Shown piece by piece: positions 8,248 to 12,061 of a stretch of 12,061 bases of DNA. Within the stretch, counting starts at the first letter, position 1. The number at the start of each line of letters is the position of its first letter. This stretch comes from Octopus sinensis (taxonomy: Eukaryota): positions 1-12,061 of the forward strand of contig NW_021826740.1 of assembly GCF_006345805.1 (NCBI RefSeq), given 5' to 3'. The notes under the pieces were generated by a model. The model was given only the letters and a program-made list of their open reading frames with translations. It had not been told where the DNA came from and searched no databases. The position numbers were made by a program, and so were the translations under genes.

Positions 8248-8292
8248 GTAATAGTAATAATAATAGTAATAATAATAATAATAATAATAATG

Positions 8293-8330
<38 letters not shown>

Positions 8331-8496
8331 AATAGCAACAACAATAATAGTAATAGTAATAATAATAGTAATAATAATAATAATGATAATAATGATGATA
8401 ATAATAATAATAATGGTAATAATGATGATAATAATAATAATAATGGTAATAATGATGATGATAGTGATAATAATAATAATAATAATAACAATAATA
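8196..8496. repeat. (AAT)n microsatellite with AGT/GAT/AAC variants
   Basis: Seen directly. It is the source of the spurious poly-N, poly-L and poly-I ORFs. Confidence 0.97.
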
Positions 8497-8713
8497 GTTT
8501 TCTGATTTTTGGCATAAAACCAAAAACTTTGAGGGATGGGGGTTGCTTGATACCTTCAGACTCAGTACTTGACAAGAAATTTATTTATCGACACCTTAAG
8601 AAGGAAATGCAATGTTGACCGTGATTGGATTAGAACTCGAAAAGGTATAAGGACAGAAGAAATAACGAGAAGGTATTTTGCACTGTCAAAGTGCAAAACT
8701 CCTTGACTCAGCT
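8497..8713 (-). mobile_element. Old diverged SINE related to family D
   Basis: Colinear similarity to 8885-9050: ATTTATCGAC..., GAAATGCAATGTTGACC vs GAAATGTAAAGTCGACC, and GACAGAAGAAATA vs GACAGACGAAATA, followed by ATTTTGC in both. Confidence 0.7.
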
Positions 8714-8825
8714 AAAAACCAATACCATTAATCATAAGATTTATGTTTACACCACAACTGATATATTGCATTTCTGCACACTCGCATATCGAAAATTCCC
8801 GCAGAGAAATCATATCATATATATA

Positions 8826-9055
8826 TTTCTTTACTACCCACAAGGGGCTAAACACAGAGGGGACAAACAAGGACAGACAAAGGGAATAAGTCGATTACAT
8901 CGACCCCAGTGTGTAATTGGTACTTAATTTATCGACCCCGAAAGGATGAAATGTAAAGTCGACCTCGGCGGAATTTGAACTTGGAACGTAACGACAGACG
9001 AAATACGGCTACGCATTTTGCCTGGCGTGCTAACGTTTCTGCCAGCTCGCCGCCT
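8826..9055 (-). mobile_element. tRNA-derived SINE, family D, with candidate TSD
   Basis: Minus strand reads AGGCGGCGAGCTGGCAGAAACGTTAGC (box A-like), AGTTCAAATTCC (box B-like) and a central TTTCATCCTTTCGGGGTCGATAAATTAAGTACC domain. Flanks ATCATATCATATATAT (8809-8824) and ATCATGTCATATATAT (9056-9071) are 15/16 identical. Confidence 0.88.
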
Positions 9056-9075
9056 ATCATGTCATATATATCATA

Positions 9076-9538
9076 TATAACAACGTTAAATTCTATAAAT
9101 ATGCACATCGAATAACGCATGAAAACTCACGAGGCATGAGACTATTCTAATGGATGCGATAATAAAACCCTGGGATGTGAAGAGAAACTAAGGATCCTGT
9201 CAGAATGTTTGTAACAAAGTGACCATCACTAATGACACAGAAGGAGGTGATGAGCAGCGTCTTAGCCGGTGCAGCCAAGAGATGTGGCAGGTAGAGAAAC
9301 TAAATATAAATATAACAACGTTAAATTCTATATCGAATAACGCATGAAAACTCACGAGGCATGAGACTATTCTAATGGATGCGATAATAAAAACCCTGGG
9401 ATGTGAAGAGAAATTAAGGATCCTGTCAGAATGTTTGTAACAAAGTGACCATCACTAATGACACAGAAAGGAGGTGATGAGCAGCGTCTTAGCCGGTGCA
9501 GCCAAGAGATGTGGCAGGTAGAGAAACTTGAATATAAA
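9076..9538. repeat. Tandem duplication, two units (9076-9310, 235 bp; 9311-9538, 228 bp)
   Basis: The units are identical except for a 10-bp indel (AAATATGCAC, 9097-9106), three 1-bp indels and about two substitutions. Confidence 0.95.
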
Positions 9539-9823
9539 TCCGTAAGAATGGTTGAAAAGACAGCGATAGAGTGATTAGACAAAAGCAGAGAAAAAAAAAG
9601 AAGAGAGAGAAGGAGAGAAAGTGTGTGACGGAGAGAAAGAGATAAACAAGAAACGTGAGGAATAAGCAACATAAACTGGATCTATGTTGTCATCGTCTTT
9701 CAACGGATTCCTTTAAGGATGATATCTAATTAACTATCTATGTCGTGTCAACCTCTTTGTCTGGCTATATACATATGCAAGTATGTCTATCCTTTTATAA
9801 TCTCTCCTACCCTACTCGCTACC

Positions 9824-9831
9824 TGTCTCTC

Positions 9832-9864
<33 letters not shown>

Positions 9865-9925
9865 TCACTTTCTTTACCGTCGCTCTCTCTCTCACTCTCA
9901 CTCTGTCTGTCTCTCTCTCTCATTC
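9824..9925. repeat. (CT)n/(CTGT)n pyrimidine-rich microsatellite
   Basis: Seen directly. Confidence 0.85.
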
Positions 9926-9984
9926 TCCCCATTCTGTCATTCTATTGCTATATGATCCTCTTGGATTACCCTTCTAAGGATTGT

Positions 9985-10006
9985 TGTATGTATGTATGTA
10001 TGTATG

Positions 10007-10040
<34 letters not shown>

Positions 10041-10324
10041 TGTATGTATGCATGTATGTATGTATGTATGTATTTATTTATTTATTTATTTATGTATGTA
10101 TGTATGTATTTATTTATTTATGTATGTATGTATGTATGTATGTATGTATGTATGTATGTATGTATGTATGCATGTGTGTATGTATGTATGTTGTATGTAT
10201 GTATGTATACATGTGTATGTATGTGTGTGTGTGTAAGTTTGTGATTGTATACGCAGGTGTGTGCATGTTTATGCATGAGTGTGTATGTTTGTGTGTGTGT
10301 GTGTGTGTGTGCATGCATGTATGT
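9985..10324. repeat. (TATG)n/(TATT)n/(TG)n microsatellite array
   Basis: Seen directly. Confidence 0.95.
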
Positions 10325-10397
10325 AACACAAGGTAAAGTAAGGTATCCTTTAAGTCTATATTATCTGTAGAATCACCGCAAACTGAATGGGCCATGA

Positions 10398-10805
10398 TAT
10401 ACATATACACATACATACATACATAAATACATACATAACATACATACATACATACATACATACATACATACATACATACATACATACATACATACATACA
10501 TAAATACATACATAACATACATACATACATACATACATACATACATACACACGTACATACATACATACATACATACACACACACACATACATACATACAT
10601 GCATACATACATACATACATACATACATACATACACACATACATACATACATACATACATACATACATACATACATACATACATAATGCATATCTACATA
10701 TATAAATACATACATACATACATACATACATACATACGTACATACATACATACATACATACATACATACATACATAATGCATATCTACATATATAAATAC
10801 ATACA
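10398..10805. repeat. (CATA)n microsatellite array with internal higher-order duplications
   Basis: Seen directly. Interruption motifs recur at 10424/10501 and 10684/10775. Confidence 0.95.
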
Positions 10806-11029
10806 ATGAAATAGAAATACGAAACACACAGAAATACAGACACTGGAACACACACACACGCGTACATACACACACATAACCGTGTGCGCACCCATATACA
10901 CATGCACGGGTATAGATATATAAAGGCAGACGTTTATGGATAGAGCTTCTATTGGTTTCATACAGTGATTTGAATATCTTGTGCTTCTAAGATAGAATGA
11001 CATTGAAACATTTGATATGTCACACAGTA

Positions 11030-11475
11030 GTAACACACACATACACACACAGACACACACATACGTACATACATAAATACATACATACATACATACACAC
11101 TTACATACATACACGCATATATGCATACGCGAATACATTGATTCGTACATTCATGCATACACACATCTATAACTACTTTATTTATGTACACACACGCAGA
11201 AACGCAGACACATATACACACACATACCTTCAAATTATACACAAATAATACACACACATCATATATACATGCATGCAATAATGTGTATGTGTGTGGGTAT
11301 ATATGCATATACATACTACACACACACACCCATATATATATATACATATATATATAAATAAATATATAATATATATATATTAAATTTAAAAAAAAAAATA
11401 TATATAATATAAATAAATATATATATATATATAACATATAACACTAATGATATATATATATATACACATATATAT

Positions 11476-11521
<46 letters not shown>

Positions 11522-11584
11522 GATATATATATATATATATATTATCTATATATATATATATATATAATATATATATATATATAT

Positions 11585-11635
<51 letters not shown>

Positions 11636-11700
11636 TATATACAGACAGACAGATTTATATTTATATCGAGGCACACGTACACATGTACACACAGGTAAAT
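11030..11700. repeat. Degenerate (CA)/(CATA) tract followed by a long (TA)n-rich array
   Basis: Seen directly. 11332-11640 is almost pure A/T. Confidence 0.92.
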
Positions 11701-12061
11701 CAGTATACGTATATGTAGTATATAGTCACGAACCACTCTTCACACTTACTCTTAGATAGACATTGAGAGATTTCGCTTTCTCCACACTCTCATGTTATCC
11801 ATCTATTGTTCTCCTCCATTGCTGTACTCCGTTTTCGTGCAATATTATTTCAATTATTCAACTTACACACTCTGCCTGTCAGTATATCTGTAGTCTTTCC
11901 ACAATAGGAATCCCGTCGATAGCAGCGATTTTGGCGCCTCTTTAGCAAGCATTTTACTTGTGTTTCACTCTACACCACTAACGGGTTATCAACTGGACAA
12001 AATGTAGTGAGGTGGCGTGTGACGTCTTCGGTTCAACCCCTGTGTTATCTTCATTATTGGA

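Noticed and set aside
8093-8618. Poly-N, poly-L, poly-I and poly-Y ORFs (also 7324-7551)
   Set aside because: They are translations of (AAT)n microsatellites.
9740-11736. Long MYVC and HTYI repeat ORFs
   Set aside because: They are translations of (TATG)n, (CATA)n and (TA)n arrays.
1-12061. CRISPR array or prokaryotic operon/defence system
   Set aside because: No repeat-spacer array and no gene-dense organisation; the sequence is eukaryotic repeat-rich DNA.

Overview
This is AT-rich, microsatellite-dense eukaryotic DNA, intergenic or intronic. The SINE repertoire resembles octopod cephalopod repeats (recognised from memory, no database search). No convincing protein-coding gene is present; the supplied ORFs come from microsatellites, SINEs or chance. 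Main contents: (1) a near-full-length 7SL/SRP RNA sequence (about 2013-2297, +) with an apparent deletion in helix 6 and a mismatch in helix 8, so it is a variant or pseudogene, preceded by an unexplained structured GC-richer island; (2) four tRNA-derived SINE families: three copies of family A, one of B, one full-length family C copy with a 12-bp TSD and a highly structured body, and two of family D; (3) a Helitron-like non-autonomous element nested in the internal (TA)n of a family A SINE; (4) two decayed 3' fragments of R4/Dong-like RLE retrotransposons in (TAA)n arrays, one split by a SINE; (5) a near-identical tandem duplication of about 230 bp; (6) long (TATG)n, (CATA)n and (TA)n arrays.
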